A program made the position numbers and the translations under genes. Of a stretch of 64,000 nt of DNA, positions 25,690 to 37,600 are shown in pieces. The notes beneath the pieces were generated by a model, which was not told the DNA's origin, ran no database searches, and saw only the letters and a program-made list of their open reading frames with translations. Each line of letters starts with the position of its first letter. Within the stretch, counting starts at the first letter, position 1. The stretch is from NCBI GenBank assembly GCA_050230475.1, contig JBFLGF010000050.1, positions 1-64,000 on the forward strand. Direction: 5' to 3'. This DNA comes from Ancylonema sp. (Eukaryota).

Positions 25690-27125
25690 ACGAAAGTGAA
25701 CGGATGAACGGCAAATAAAATTGAGGTAAAGGAAAGTGAACTGATTTTTCAGTGTCAAGTGAACGGATGAACGGAAAATGAGTTTGAGATAAAGGAATGT
25801 GAACGGATGTTTTAGTGTAAAGTGAACGGATGAACGGCGAATGAATTGAAGGTAAAGGAAAGTGAACGAGTTTTTAGGTGTAAAGAGAACGGATAAACGG
25901 CAAATGAATTTGAGGGAACGGAAAGTGAACGGGTTTTGGAGTGTAAAGTGAACGGATGAACAACGAATGAATTTGAGTTGAAAGAAAGTGAACGGGTTTT
26001 TCAATGTAAAGTGAACGAATGAACGGCGAATAATTTTGAGATGAAGAATAGTGAACGAGTTTTTAGAGGGTGAAGTTAACGGATGAATGGCGATTGAATT
26101 TGAGGTAAAGGAAAGTGAACGAGTTTTTTAGTGTAAAGTGAACGGATGAACGGCGAATAATTTTGAGATAAAGGAAAGTGAACGATTTTTTTAGTGTAAA
26201 GTGAACGGATGAACGGCGAATAATTTTGAGATAAAGGAAAGTGAACGGGTTTTAGAGTGTAAAGTGAACGGATGAATGGCGAGTGAATTTGAGGTAAAGG
26301 AAAGTGAACACATTTTTTAGTGTACAGTAAACCCTTGATATAGTGACACTCGATAGAGTGACAATCACGATATAGTGGCATTTTTCCTGCCCTTTTTCTA
26401 ATCCTATATAAAAACCCACTTGATATAGTGACAATCGCTATAGTGACTCACGTTATAGTGACTAGATTTTACCAGATATTACTATTGAGATGTCACTATA
26501 GAGTGAAACTTGTCTAAATTAACGTTCCGGAAAATAATAACCTCTCAAATTTAATTGAAAATAATTCATAATAAATTTATAACCTGTCTGAATTTATGCT
26601 TTATACAGGTCCTGGCATAATTACTTCAAAGAGGTTTTATTGTAGCGAGTGGTTATTAGAACAAACGCCATATAGATGACCTACCTTCTTCAATAGAAAC
26701 CTCTCCGCACCCGATCTGGTTGCTTAAAATAACCTAAAATTCACTTTCCGTCGATATAGTGCTCAATGTATGCTCAATGTAATATAGTGCTCAATGCTCA
26801 ATGTATCGGCTCAATGTATCCCTATCAAATGTCATTATATAATGTATAGTGACACCCCTGGCATTCGATGCAGTGGACATTATTTTCCACTCTCTATAAA
26901 ATTGTCACTATATCAAGGGTTTACTGTAAAGCGAACGGATGAATGGCAAATGATTTGGAGGTAAAGGAAAGTGAACGATTTTTTCACCGTAAAGTGAATG
27001 GATGAACGGCGAATGAATTTGAGGTAAAGGAAAGTGAACGAATTTTTGTAGTGTAAAGTGAACGAATGAACGGCGAATAAATTTGAGATAAAGGAAAGTG
27101 AACGGATTTTTTAGTGGAAAGTGAA
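25690..27125 (+). repeat. ~63-bp tandem satellite (about 10 units at 25690-26324 and about 3 units at 26927-27125), interrupted by a MITE
   Basis: GAAAGTGAAC recurs at 26111, 26174, 26237 and 26300. The unit is approximately GAAAGTGAACGRGTTTTTAGTGTAAAGTGAACGGATGAACGGCGAATRATTTTGAGRTAAAG. Confidence 0.93.
26325..26926. mobile_element. 602-bp MITE with perfect 24-bp TIRs and TA TSD (pogo/Tigger-like CAGT terminus)
   Basis: TA|CAGTAAACCCTTGATATAGTGACA ... TGTCACTATATCAAGGGTTTACTG|TA, with internal ATAGTGAC subterminal repeats. Confidence 0.92.
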
Positions 27126-28157
27126 TGGTAGAGTGAAAAAAAAACCTCGGGAATATCAGAAAAAAATAGATGGCCGAAAGATACTCCCCCAAGGTTTACA
27201 GTGCCATAATTAGTATGGTACTCCTGCGGTACAAATTGCGTGTTGTTTAAATATGGGTCATTTTGCTTGCCGGGTCACATTATAATCAAATATGTTTTAC
27301 CCTAGTCATAATTGTGGGTCACGGGATATTAAATATATTTTGCCCGGGTCAAGTTGGTGGGTCACGACAAAAAACAATTGTTTTTTTTTTACCCGGGTCA
27401 TTATGTATGGCCACTACGGTACTAACTTATATTTATTTCCTAGATTAACGTAGGGTACTTACCAAAAATTCTCGCCACTCACCACCTACCTTTCGACAAC
27501 AACTGCAACGTGCACGTGCACTTGCAACGCAAGTTCCACACGGCCACCTTAAGGTTCCATTATCGAACACGCTTGCACTACGGAATATCTACTTGAATTG
27601 GTGGACTTGCTCAAGAAGATGATGGAGTATTTGTTTGAGAGAAATCATAAGATACACGACAAAACATGGTCATGTGTGTGGTTGACACACCACTAAATAT
27701 CTCTCTTTAAGTGGCCGCACGGCCTAGTTGAGTCGTATGAAGGGTTTAACGTAATTCCAAGTTAAGAATTCCAAGTTTGCGAACTTTTGTAAAGCGGACT
27801 TAACATATGAGATGCGGGAAAAGACTGTAAAGAGTGTGTACAAAAATCTCACCCTCTTGTTCACACAATTGAAGCCGTATTATTTTGACATATCTCTATC
27901 TTTGCTTCTTAAGAAGATTGAAACGCTATTGATCAAGCGTGCACAAAGAGAGGTTTTCAATCGAAACCACTGAAACAATTATTTTTTCCCACATGGTTGC
28001 TTCATGAATCACAACGACTTGGTCTGCCACGTCTCAACGACCAAAATCAAAATCACGAGATGGTGATATATCACATAACACGCAACACTCAACACTCAAG
28101 AGTACTACAAGAAGACGCACACAACCACGTCATCATCCATCCTCCCGTGAAGCACCT

Positions 28158-31100
28158 TTACGTAAGGTGCTTCTCTAGTATTTCCTTGGCGCCCTCGCTC
28201 ACAAGATACTCGTGGCAAGGAATTATCAGGTTCCACTCCCACCCAAGAACTCTTCTTAATTGTTCTTGAAACCTGTTTCGTCGAAAGAGCATGAATGTTT
28301 TGTAGAAGGGAAGGTAGACGCGATCCATTCCTTGCTTCCACAACCACGTGGGAACGGAAGTCTCATTCTTTTGGGGGTAGTTCCAAAACAAATCGGAGAC
28401 AAACAAACTTTGTGAAGGCTTGTGACAAAAGACCACCTGACAAATGATGCACGAGGTGCAACCAGAAAGACATTCGCCACATTAAAAAGTCGCAAGATAT
28501 AACGGGGTTTGACTAGTGGGCCGCTCACGACATGTACCCCACAATTGTCTTGGTCGTACCATGTAAGTAGAAGCAACATATTTTGGTTGATCAGTTGTAC
28601 AAAGTTGTGGACTCCACGAATGGCACGTGGACATTCCGCATAAGTGAAAGAGGATGTGATACATTGCACGTTATTGTGAAATGTGATAGCCCAAAAAAAA
28701 AAAAAAAAAAAAAAAAAAAAGAAGAAGAAAAAGAAAACGAGAATGCTTTCAAAAAACAGACTCTAGGATTCACATTAATAAGAAAGTTGAGATGTGCACA
28801 GCGCAATGGCCTTACCATTCTTAACATCAATAAATTCCATACCTCGTTAAAGAATGGAGTTTGCGTGAACGGATTGTGTTCGCAATCAAACCACGCGACC
28901 TCAAATTCCTCATACCATCTATCCGGGGCTTCATCGTTTTCCCCCACCACATCCGTGTATGGTATGGTCGGCTTTGCTTCTCTCAGACCAGGGCAAGCTG
29001 CATGGAGTGCAATGTTTTTGTTTTGCATGGTGCAGAATGACATGCAATGTCTCGAAAATGTATTCAGATATCCCCTCAATACGGTTTGAGAGGAAGGCAA
29101 CACAAAGGCGGTTGGCAAACAAAACACATTGTCAAGAAATACATTTTCAGGGAATACATTGTTAGGGAAAACATTCTAGTCCCTCCACATTGCCACCTCT
29201 AGCTCCCTCCACTCCCACACTTCAACAACTCAACAACCCAAAACTTCACTATAACCTCCACCATAACCTCCAACATAACCATTACCTCCAATCATAACCA
29301 TTCCCTCCCCCATAATTTACGACACAATCTTCACCAGAGTGACTAATTGATGTGCGCATTCAAAGGTGCACCAAACCGGAGTGTACCATTGTGGGAAACT
29401 CCACAGGACTTCATGGTTCCTTACAGCACATTCACATACTGCTGGTGCGGTACACAGCCACATCATGTAAAGTATGTTTAGGGAAAAGGCTGACGTGGCA
29501 GATGCGGGATGTACGCTGAGTGGGCAGACAACAGCGTGGCACATACTGAAGCGAGATACCCTGAGACCATGCTGACGTGGCACTACAGCTGGGTTTGCTG
29601 AAGAGAGACAGAGGTGAATAGGTGGATGTAGGCAGACAGGAGTGTGCCTGTATGGTGGATGAGTGATGTTTACCGTAGGACTGTGCCTCAGGGTATGCCT
29701 CAATCCACTGCTGGGCATATCTGAAAGAGAGAAACGTCAAGGATGGCAAGTTTTGAGCACCAACTGACTTTCTGTGAGATTTTGTTAGGCACTCTTTAAG
29801 TTATTCGTGTTAGAACCACGAAGGTCTCTCCATAACCACCACTCTGAATAGGCACACCCACCATAATCGAGACACGGGGGCCCGTCGCAAGCTACACGGA
29901 TTTTGATTCAGGGGATTGATCTGTCATAAAATAAGTGACGGTTGGCATGAAAGAGTTGACAGACGGCGGGTTAGGTGGTTAGGTTACCCGCAATGCTCGT
30001 AATTGGGGGAGACGATGTGCTGAACCGGCCCAAGCTTATCAATCTCGACCTTCAGATCCGGATCCAACGGCACAGGAGAGTGCACCCAGATGCTCCCGTC
30101 CCCCAATCGGACCACTGCCATTCGTCCACCGACATCTATGCCGAACCAGATGAAGGCCCTCTCAGCCGCCCACACGCGTCCGGGGACCAACTCCCGCAGG
30201 GGAGAGCCGGAGGGGTTGGACCACCCTTTCAGTTTTTGCGCACCCGCTGGAGGGGCGGCGGCGGCTTTTGGGAGGGGTGGGCGGGACTTGAGGGGCTGGG
30301 ATGGGTGGGACTTGACGTGTGACTTGTGGTTGGTCTGACGGGACAGCTGGTGGGTGTTGGGATGTGGAAGATGGAAGGCTTGGGATGGTGGGAGGGAAGC
30401 ATTGCGCGGTGAAGGTCTCCAGGAATCGGCATGCTGTGATAATATGGGATGGCGTGTCTGCAGAATATGAACGCGGAAAGCACATTCGAAATGACCGAAG
30501 ATATTCCGTCAGCGGAAGGACAAGGTATCGTAGAGTAGTACGTGTCTTACGGAATACCACGGGAAAAAAACGAGGAAACACAGCATTTTCATAACTGGTG
30601 TAGTCATCGGCTACTGGACAAACGTCAGTTATGATTGACGAAACCAGCAGAGGTTGCAGTTCTACAACATTTCCCCGGTTTGACGACAAGATTCGTGCCA
30701 TTGAGTAGAAATTACCTCGCGCATAGACGATACTATTGAGTTGACAATGCTGGGCAGGGAGGCCATGCTTACGGTCCCGGATAGGATGGGAGACAAAACC
30801 ACAATTCAGGCCTCTGACCTCATCTGGATTCACGATTCTTGATTTAGGCTGATAATAGACGTAGGCTGATCATAAATCCCAACGCTTCGGTTCGATTATT
30901 TGGAGGTAAAGAGTAACGATGAATTACGAGAACACCGATAATGTCAAATGCACTGTGTCAGAGAACACCAAATCTGCGTCGCATCACACAAGTGGGCACT
31001 GATTGAACTGCGGCGTCAGCTGCTGTCAGTGGCAGAAGGTCACAGTGCTAAGCTCATGTGAAAAACACTGCGAAGGGGCTCCCGTAATATCCCCAATAAT

Positions 31101-31443
31101 GGATTCTTTGACGACAAGCAACAAATTTTCGCCGGACATTTCGTCGGGCACAGGTGGCAGAACATGACACGTGAGAATACATCCGTTGTCGTTACGTGGA
31201 GAAAAGTGGCGAGATGGCGTAAATGGGCGGGGGCGGAGTGGCGAAATGTCGGTGATCCCGGCGTTCGAATTTGAAGATGCTCTTAGATGCGTTTGAGACG
31301 CGTGCGATCTGACAGGATGGCCCGGGTTGCGTTCGGCGAATGATATTTTGTGCGGCGTCCGCGTGGCATTCCCGTCCGCAGAGGGCCAGAAGTTCTGGCG
31401 ATGGCTGAAGCTCAGCAAAGAGAACAGGGCCCCATACCTGCAT
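28158..31443 (-). CDS. DUF4336-family protein with putative organellar transit peptide; exons 31443-31438 (tentative), 30457-29988, 29720-29674, 28997-28843, 28436-28158
   Basis: GRMAVVRLGDGSIWVHSPVPL...LGPVQHIVSPNYEH; YAQQWIEAYPEA; NEVVFCHKPSQSLFVSDLFWN; WNLIIPCH are motifs of DUF4336 proteins. The N-terminal extension is rich in S/P/H/R. The start exon is inferred from phase only. Confidence 0.82.
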
Positions 31444-31648
31444 GGGGGTGAAAGGTGTAGTGACATCGCTGAGCGCGTATCGTACTGATGCCGTAGCAGT
31501 AGCAGAATGACATAGTTGCACTGGGAATGTGTTTTAGCTGAAGTTGTCCAATCCTACAGGAATTTCGAGCGAATTGCGTTTATTAGTTGATTAGGAGCCT
31601 GACCGAGAGCAAGCACGCCCATTCGTTCCTGTGGCGCTCTATGCGGAG

Positions 31649-34600
31649 ATGGGAGCACAGGATGAAAGCGAGAGGGAAGAGATGGACTATATGCCCGGGC
31701 GTGGGGGCCAGGAGGAGAAAATATTCGTTACGGTCCGGGTCCGTCCAATGAGTGCCAAGGAGTTAGCACATGGCGATGCATGCGTTTGGAGGTGTCCGGA
31801 TGAGCAGACACTTTTGTACACAGAGCCCGTGGTCGATCGATCGCCCTACCCAGCACACTACCACTTTGGTCAGTACTTGCTCCGTTAAAAAGGAGCCGTT
31901 CTCTGGCAGGGCACGTGTCGCACCTGTACATCACTAGCGAACGGGCTATGGTGCATGGTTTAGAGCCTTCCTGACGGCGATAGGTAGATAAGGAGCAAGT
32001 ACAACTGTCAAGACAGTCGGAAAAGTTGGAGTACGCGAGATCTGTGTCAGATGTTGATGTACAGCTGGCTAATTTTTATAACCGCCGCTAAGTTTGCGAG
32101 GCTTCTCCGCCTCAGACGATGGCGTCAGAGTTATCTGACGTCATCTAGGTGCTGCATGACTGAGACGTATCCGCTAGTCCGTACGTTTCCTGGTTGGTTG
32201 CCAATGGCCCATTGGTTGAATTCGCAGCCAGTCGAGTGACTGAAGCTGTCACGGCTTGTATCTTGTCGTCTTCTGTCCAATCAGATCGCGTGTTTGGGCC
32301 CACGGCTCACTCCCGCCAGGTGTACGAGGAGGGAGCCCGGGATGTTGTGCTGTCAGCGCTCACGGGTCTCAATGGTAATATATTGCGACTCGCATGTCGG
32401 GCGGGAAGGGGAATGAGTACGGGGTTTCTTTATAAGGAGTAGGAGTGTTGCGCTGCACTAGGTAGCTTAGACGTTGAGGCCAAACGTGTGGGATTCGTGG
32501 TCTATGGGCTGGTATATTTGAGGAATTTGAACTATTCGACGTTTTGATATACATATGGTTCGGTGCCAGCTGGCATGTCACGTGCATGACACGTCTTCAG
32601 CAGCTGATGGTCGAGTGATTGATCTTTTTTTCTGTAAACGAAAGGGAAATAGAGGAGGTTTGGAGATTCCTGTTGTCTAGTTCTGGATGTTTATCGGCAT
32701 GCCCAGTTGTAGTAGACAAGTTCTGACGGGTGCGGCGCTGTACTGTTTTGCGATCTTGCCATTTTGCCAGCCTCCATTTTCGCCTACGGGATGACCAGCA
32801 GCGGCAAAACGTATACAATGAAAGGGGTCACTGAGCTGGCAGTGGGGGACATTTTCAGCAGAATTCACAAGGTGACATCACTACGGGGGTGCAGGTCTAT
32901 GCATGGAATAGTGATGCCATTTATACACAACGGATGTCTTGCATATACAAGTGATGTCATGCATATAGAAGTTATATTATCCACATAGAGTAAGGTACTT
33001 CACATTGAATCTCTCAGCCTCATGGACAGTACCAATTCTGGTTCTTATAAATTGTAGGTGCCTATATAGGAGTAGTTCTGTATAAAGAATTGAATTCTTC
33101 CAGGCTCCCTGCCCTGCATGAAAAAAGGCAAGGTTGACGTCGTCAAGAACTGTGACTGTTTCCGTGTCTTCGGGTATAAGATGTCCCATACCCGGGTGCT
33201 CGATGTCCGGTTACCCGCTGTGCAGACCCCTGATCGCGAGTACATCATCCACGTGTCCGCCATGGAGATCTACAACGAGGTGGTGCGGGATCTGCTGAAC
33301 CTGGATAGCAGGGCTCTCAGGCTGCTGGATGACCCCGATGTAAGCGAATGAGGGAGGAAGACATTGTCACAAAATCTTGCATCTTTTAACCTTCTTGCAC
33401 ATTTCTGTCTCTGTTTGTTTTTCCGTTTCATGATCTCTTTCTTCCCTCATCACTCCTTGGATGAGGGTGGGGAGAAGGGAGAGGAGGAGGTGGGGGTGTC
33501 AGTTAGAGCAGGGTCGACGAAGGTTGTGACCCAAGGTTGGATGGTACCAGTTCTGACGCATCGCTCTGTCGTTACCACCTGGGGTTCAGCGCGGCACTGT
33601 GGTCGAGAAGCTGAGCGAGGTGGTTGTCACTTCCAGCCTTCACCTGCGCCAAATTCTGGCGGAGTGCGAGTGTCAGTTCTCAAAGCCCTGAACCTTGAAC
33701 CTTCTTCACACGTGCGGGAGGCTTGAGCCCGACGCTTGCCATTTATTAGCTTCATCGTTTGAATCGTACTGAGGGGCAGGGGGGGGGGGAACTTAGTTTT
33801 TATAGCGTGTAGTTCCAGGTCGTTTAATTCCCGGATATCGGAATCGTTTTTTGGGTGCATCAGTTCTTCATCCCAATCGTCTTACTTTGCTGAGAGTCCT
33901 CTGTTGTTGGCACCTGAATGCCGTGGTTTCTGTTTTTCCCACCTCAGCCCAGCGCCAGGTGGGCGAAACAATGCTGAACGACGCCAGCTCAAGGTCCCAT
34001 CAAATTGTGCGATTGGTGAGTAGACATGAACCCTAAACCATTCCTGACTCTAGAAACCTGAAATCATAAAACTCTGGACATTGTGGACCGGATTTGAAAG
34101 AATCTGGCATCTTTTGGAAGGGATTTCTGAGTTATACTCTTTGCTGACGTCACGCGTCAGGGGAGGGCAGACGGCCAATGAGGAGAGAGGTGGTGGCCTT
34201 CGTTATAAGTATATAATAAGAAGAAAGGAGGAAACAAATATAGTTGTCATTTGTGTGTTTGAGATCACAAGGTTCAGGCTGACTCTAGGGAGGGAGACCT
34301 TGGGGAGGGGGACTAGATCACTCCTCTCTGTTGTTTTCACCTGTCTGTCGCTTTTCACCTGTCTGTTGTTTTCACCAGACCGTGGAGAGTTGTCCTAGGT
34401 CGTCGGGCGGCTCGAAAGTTTCTTTGGACGGGCTGTCGGGGCACGTTCTCATGGCCACGCTGGTGAGGAAGCTTCCTGGAAAGAGGGAGGGAGGTCCAGA
34501 CCTTGGTTTCTGTTCAGCAAGTTGAGAGGGATGTAGGGGATGTAGGAATTGATAGGAAATAGACGATTATGAACGATAATAATGGCTTCGATGGTCAATG

Positions 34601-37600
34601 TCTTCCCCCCTTTTCCTCATTTCTTACGTTTCCGAATGTGTGTGTGTTTGTGTGTGTGTGTGTCTGAAAAAAAAAAAAAAAACTAAAAACTAAAAACTAA
34701 AAACTAAAAACTGTGGTGTAAATATTTTGGTATCCCCCCCCCTCCTTTTTTTCCACAGAATTTTGTGGACTTGGCGGGTAGTGAGCGTGCGTCTCAGACT
34801 CAGTCCGAGGGGACGAGGCTGAAAGAAGGGGGGCACATCAACAGGAGCTTACTCACACTAGGGACGGTGATCAGGAAACTGAGGTAAAGGAAATTATCCT
34901 GAGGTTTTTTGGTTGAAAAAAAAAGCGAGTGTTGATGGGAAAAAGGAGAGGTTTTGTGAAACTCCGATATGCAATTTTTTTGGGTGTAGAAAGTGTTGTT
35001 TTGGGGCTTTTATTCTGGGTTCTCAAGTAGAATATGGGATGTATGTAAAGAATACTTACTACAAAAATCGTTTTCCTGCCTCTTTCTGGGTTTTGTTATC
35101 AAGGTTCCTTTATACTGTATTAGGTGTAAGGATGAAATACACTTCCATAATTTGAGAGGAAATGCTCGTCTTAAACCTTTCATCTCCTTGTTTACAGCTG
35201 GCAATGGAAATAACGGGAGGGGGGTGGTACCACCTTTAGATCAGAATTCAGATTTTCGACTGGTGATTGCATTAATAATCGAGGAGAGGTATAAAAGAAA
35301 TCCAACAGAAATCCTCCCCCACCTCAAAAAAAAAAGGTAGAAACGGGAACGGCGAATCTGTACAACCTGACTGTGTGACATATCACTTTAAACTTAACTT
35401 CCAACAAAAAAAAAACAAAACAAAACCAAAAAAAAAAAAAAAAAAGCTCGTGTAGGAGACGGAAAACAACCAAAAAGCCGGACACTCTCCACCCCCTTCC
35501 CCTCCCTTCAAATACCAGGGAACGCATCAGAGACAAAACGATCCGGCTCCTGACCCAAAAACCACAGCAAAAGACCCCCCCCCCAAAAATAATAACAAAT
35601 ATCCAAGCACCTTAAACCCGGAAGACTATAAAAACCCCTCAAGAACCTCTAAAAACCCTGACCCCACCCCTCCCCCCCAACCCCTGCCCCCCCCCTCCCC
35701 TCCTCCCAGCGGCAGCAAGCAGGCGAAAGGGGGTCACATCCCGTACCGCGACTCCAAACTGACGCGCATCCTCCAACACTCGCTGGGGGGAAACGCACGC
35801 ACAGCCATCATTTGCACCATGAGCCCAGGGCTCGCCCACTGCGACCAGACGAGGAACACGCTCTCCTTCGCGATACGTGCCAAAGAAGTCACCAACTCCG
35901 CCCATGTCAATCTTGCGAGGGTGGGGGGGGGCGGGTGGGGGGAGGGGGGGGGGGGCGGGGGGGGGGCAGGGGGTGGGGGGGAGGGGTGGGGTCATTTGGG
36001 GGGTGGTTTGGAGCGGGGATTGGGGGGAGGGGTGTAAGTTCTGGTGGTTTGAAGGTCTGGAGTTTTGGGGGTTCTGGAGTTTGGGAGTTCTAGGGGGTTC
36101 GGCGATATTTTGGGGTTTGGGGTCGTGAAGTTTTGGGGTTTTGGGTTTTGTTTTCCAGATGGTTTCGGATAAGGTTTTGGTGAAGCAGCTCCAGAGGGAA
36201 GTGGAGCGGTTGGAGGCGGAACTGAAATCGGGGCCCACTGCAAATGACTACCGGGCGCAGAAGCTGCTCATCACCGAGGTTGGGGGGGGGTTGGGGGATG
36301 GGTTGGGGAGGGATCGGGGGTTGGAAGAAAAGGCGAGAGGGGGTAATTTCTGGGTCCTTCAGTCCTTTTATCCTTTTCGAGGGGGGGTATACAGGGATCT
36401 TGTGTGTGTGCTGACTCAGCAGCGAGGGTGGGGGGGGGTTGGGGGTCCAGCTGGAAAAGGAGATTGCTGAGCTGGCATCGCAGCGTGACTCAGCGCGCGC
36501 CCAACTCAAGGACCTCCAAAACGCAATCGCAGTGAATGTGAAAACAGACCCCAAATCGGTGCGTGTTTCTCCCACTCCCGTTCCCTGACACCACCCCCCT
36601 GGCTGCCAGCTGCAAATGTCCTGAATCTCAAACCCCGAAATTACTAAAACCCCAAAACCCCAAAGTTCTATCTTAAAACCTAAAACCTAGAGCCTCAAAA
36701 AATTACCCTAAAACCTAATCCCTGAAAAAATACCCCAAAACGTGAACCCTGAAAAAATACCCTGAGTCCCAAACCCCAAACCTCAAACCCTGAACCGTAA
36801 ACCCTGAATTCTTCCTCCTCCCCCCGTGGTCAGGTCCTGAAGGGCCCCATCTCCATGCAGCGCTTCATCCGCCGCAGCGGAACCTTCCGGAAGGTTCCCA
36901 ACCCCCGCCAGGTGTCAGCTGGGAACCTGTACGATCCAACCAACCCCAACCTGGGAACGCAGCAGGAAGAGGGGGTGGAGAAAGCAATGGCGTCAGAGGC
37001 AGTGGCCAAGGAGAGGCGGAGGTTGGGGGAGGCGGGGGGGGCGGGTGGGGGTTTGGAGCGGGGATTGGGGGGAGGGGTGTAAGTTCTGGTGGTTTGAAGG
37101 TCTGGAGTTTTGGGGGTTCTGGAGTTTGGGAGTTCTAGGGGGTTCGGCGATATTTTGGGGTTTGGGGTCGTGAAGTTTTGGGGTTTTGGGTTTTGTTTTC
37201 CAGATGGTTTCGGATAAGGTTTTGGTGAAGCAGCTCCAGAGGGAAGTGGAGCGGTTGGAGGCGGAACTGAAATCGGGGCCCACTGCAAATGACTACCGGG
37301 CGCAGAAGCTGCTCATCACCGAGGTTGGGGGGGGGTTGGGGGATGGGTTGGGGAGGGATCGGGGGTTGGAAGAAAAGGCGAGAGGGGGTAATTTCTGGGT
37401 CCTTCAGTCCTTTTATCCTTTTCGAGGGGGGGTATACAGGGATCTTGTGTGTGTGCTGACTCAGCAGCGAGGGTGGGGGGGGGTTGGGGGTCCAGCTGGA
37501 AAAGGAGATTGCTGAGCTGGCATCGCAGCGTGACTCAGCGCGCGCCCAACTCAAGGACCTCCAAAACGCAATCGCAGTGAATGTGAAAACAGACCCCAAA

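Larger units (their letters stand above)
25097..27419. mobile_element. 2.3-kb non-autonomous TIR DNA transposon with TA TSD, carrying a satellite and a nested MITE
   Basis: TA|CCGTACTGGCCATACATAATGACCC ... GGGTCATTATGTATGGCCACTACGG|TA (24/25 match), with several GGGTCA subterminal motifs. Confidence 0.85.

Noticed and set aside
25690..27125. CRISPR-like regular repeat
   Set aside because: The whole 63-bp unit repeats with no unique spacers, no cas genes are present, and the context is eukaryotic.
36628..36806. True interstitial telomere array
   Set aside because: The units are irregular AAACCC(T) variants, not a regular TTTAGGG array; kept only as low-complexity intron sequence.
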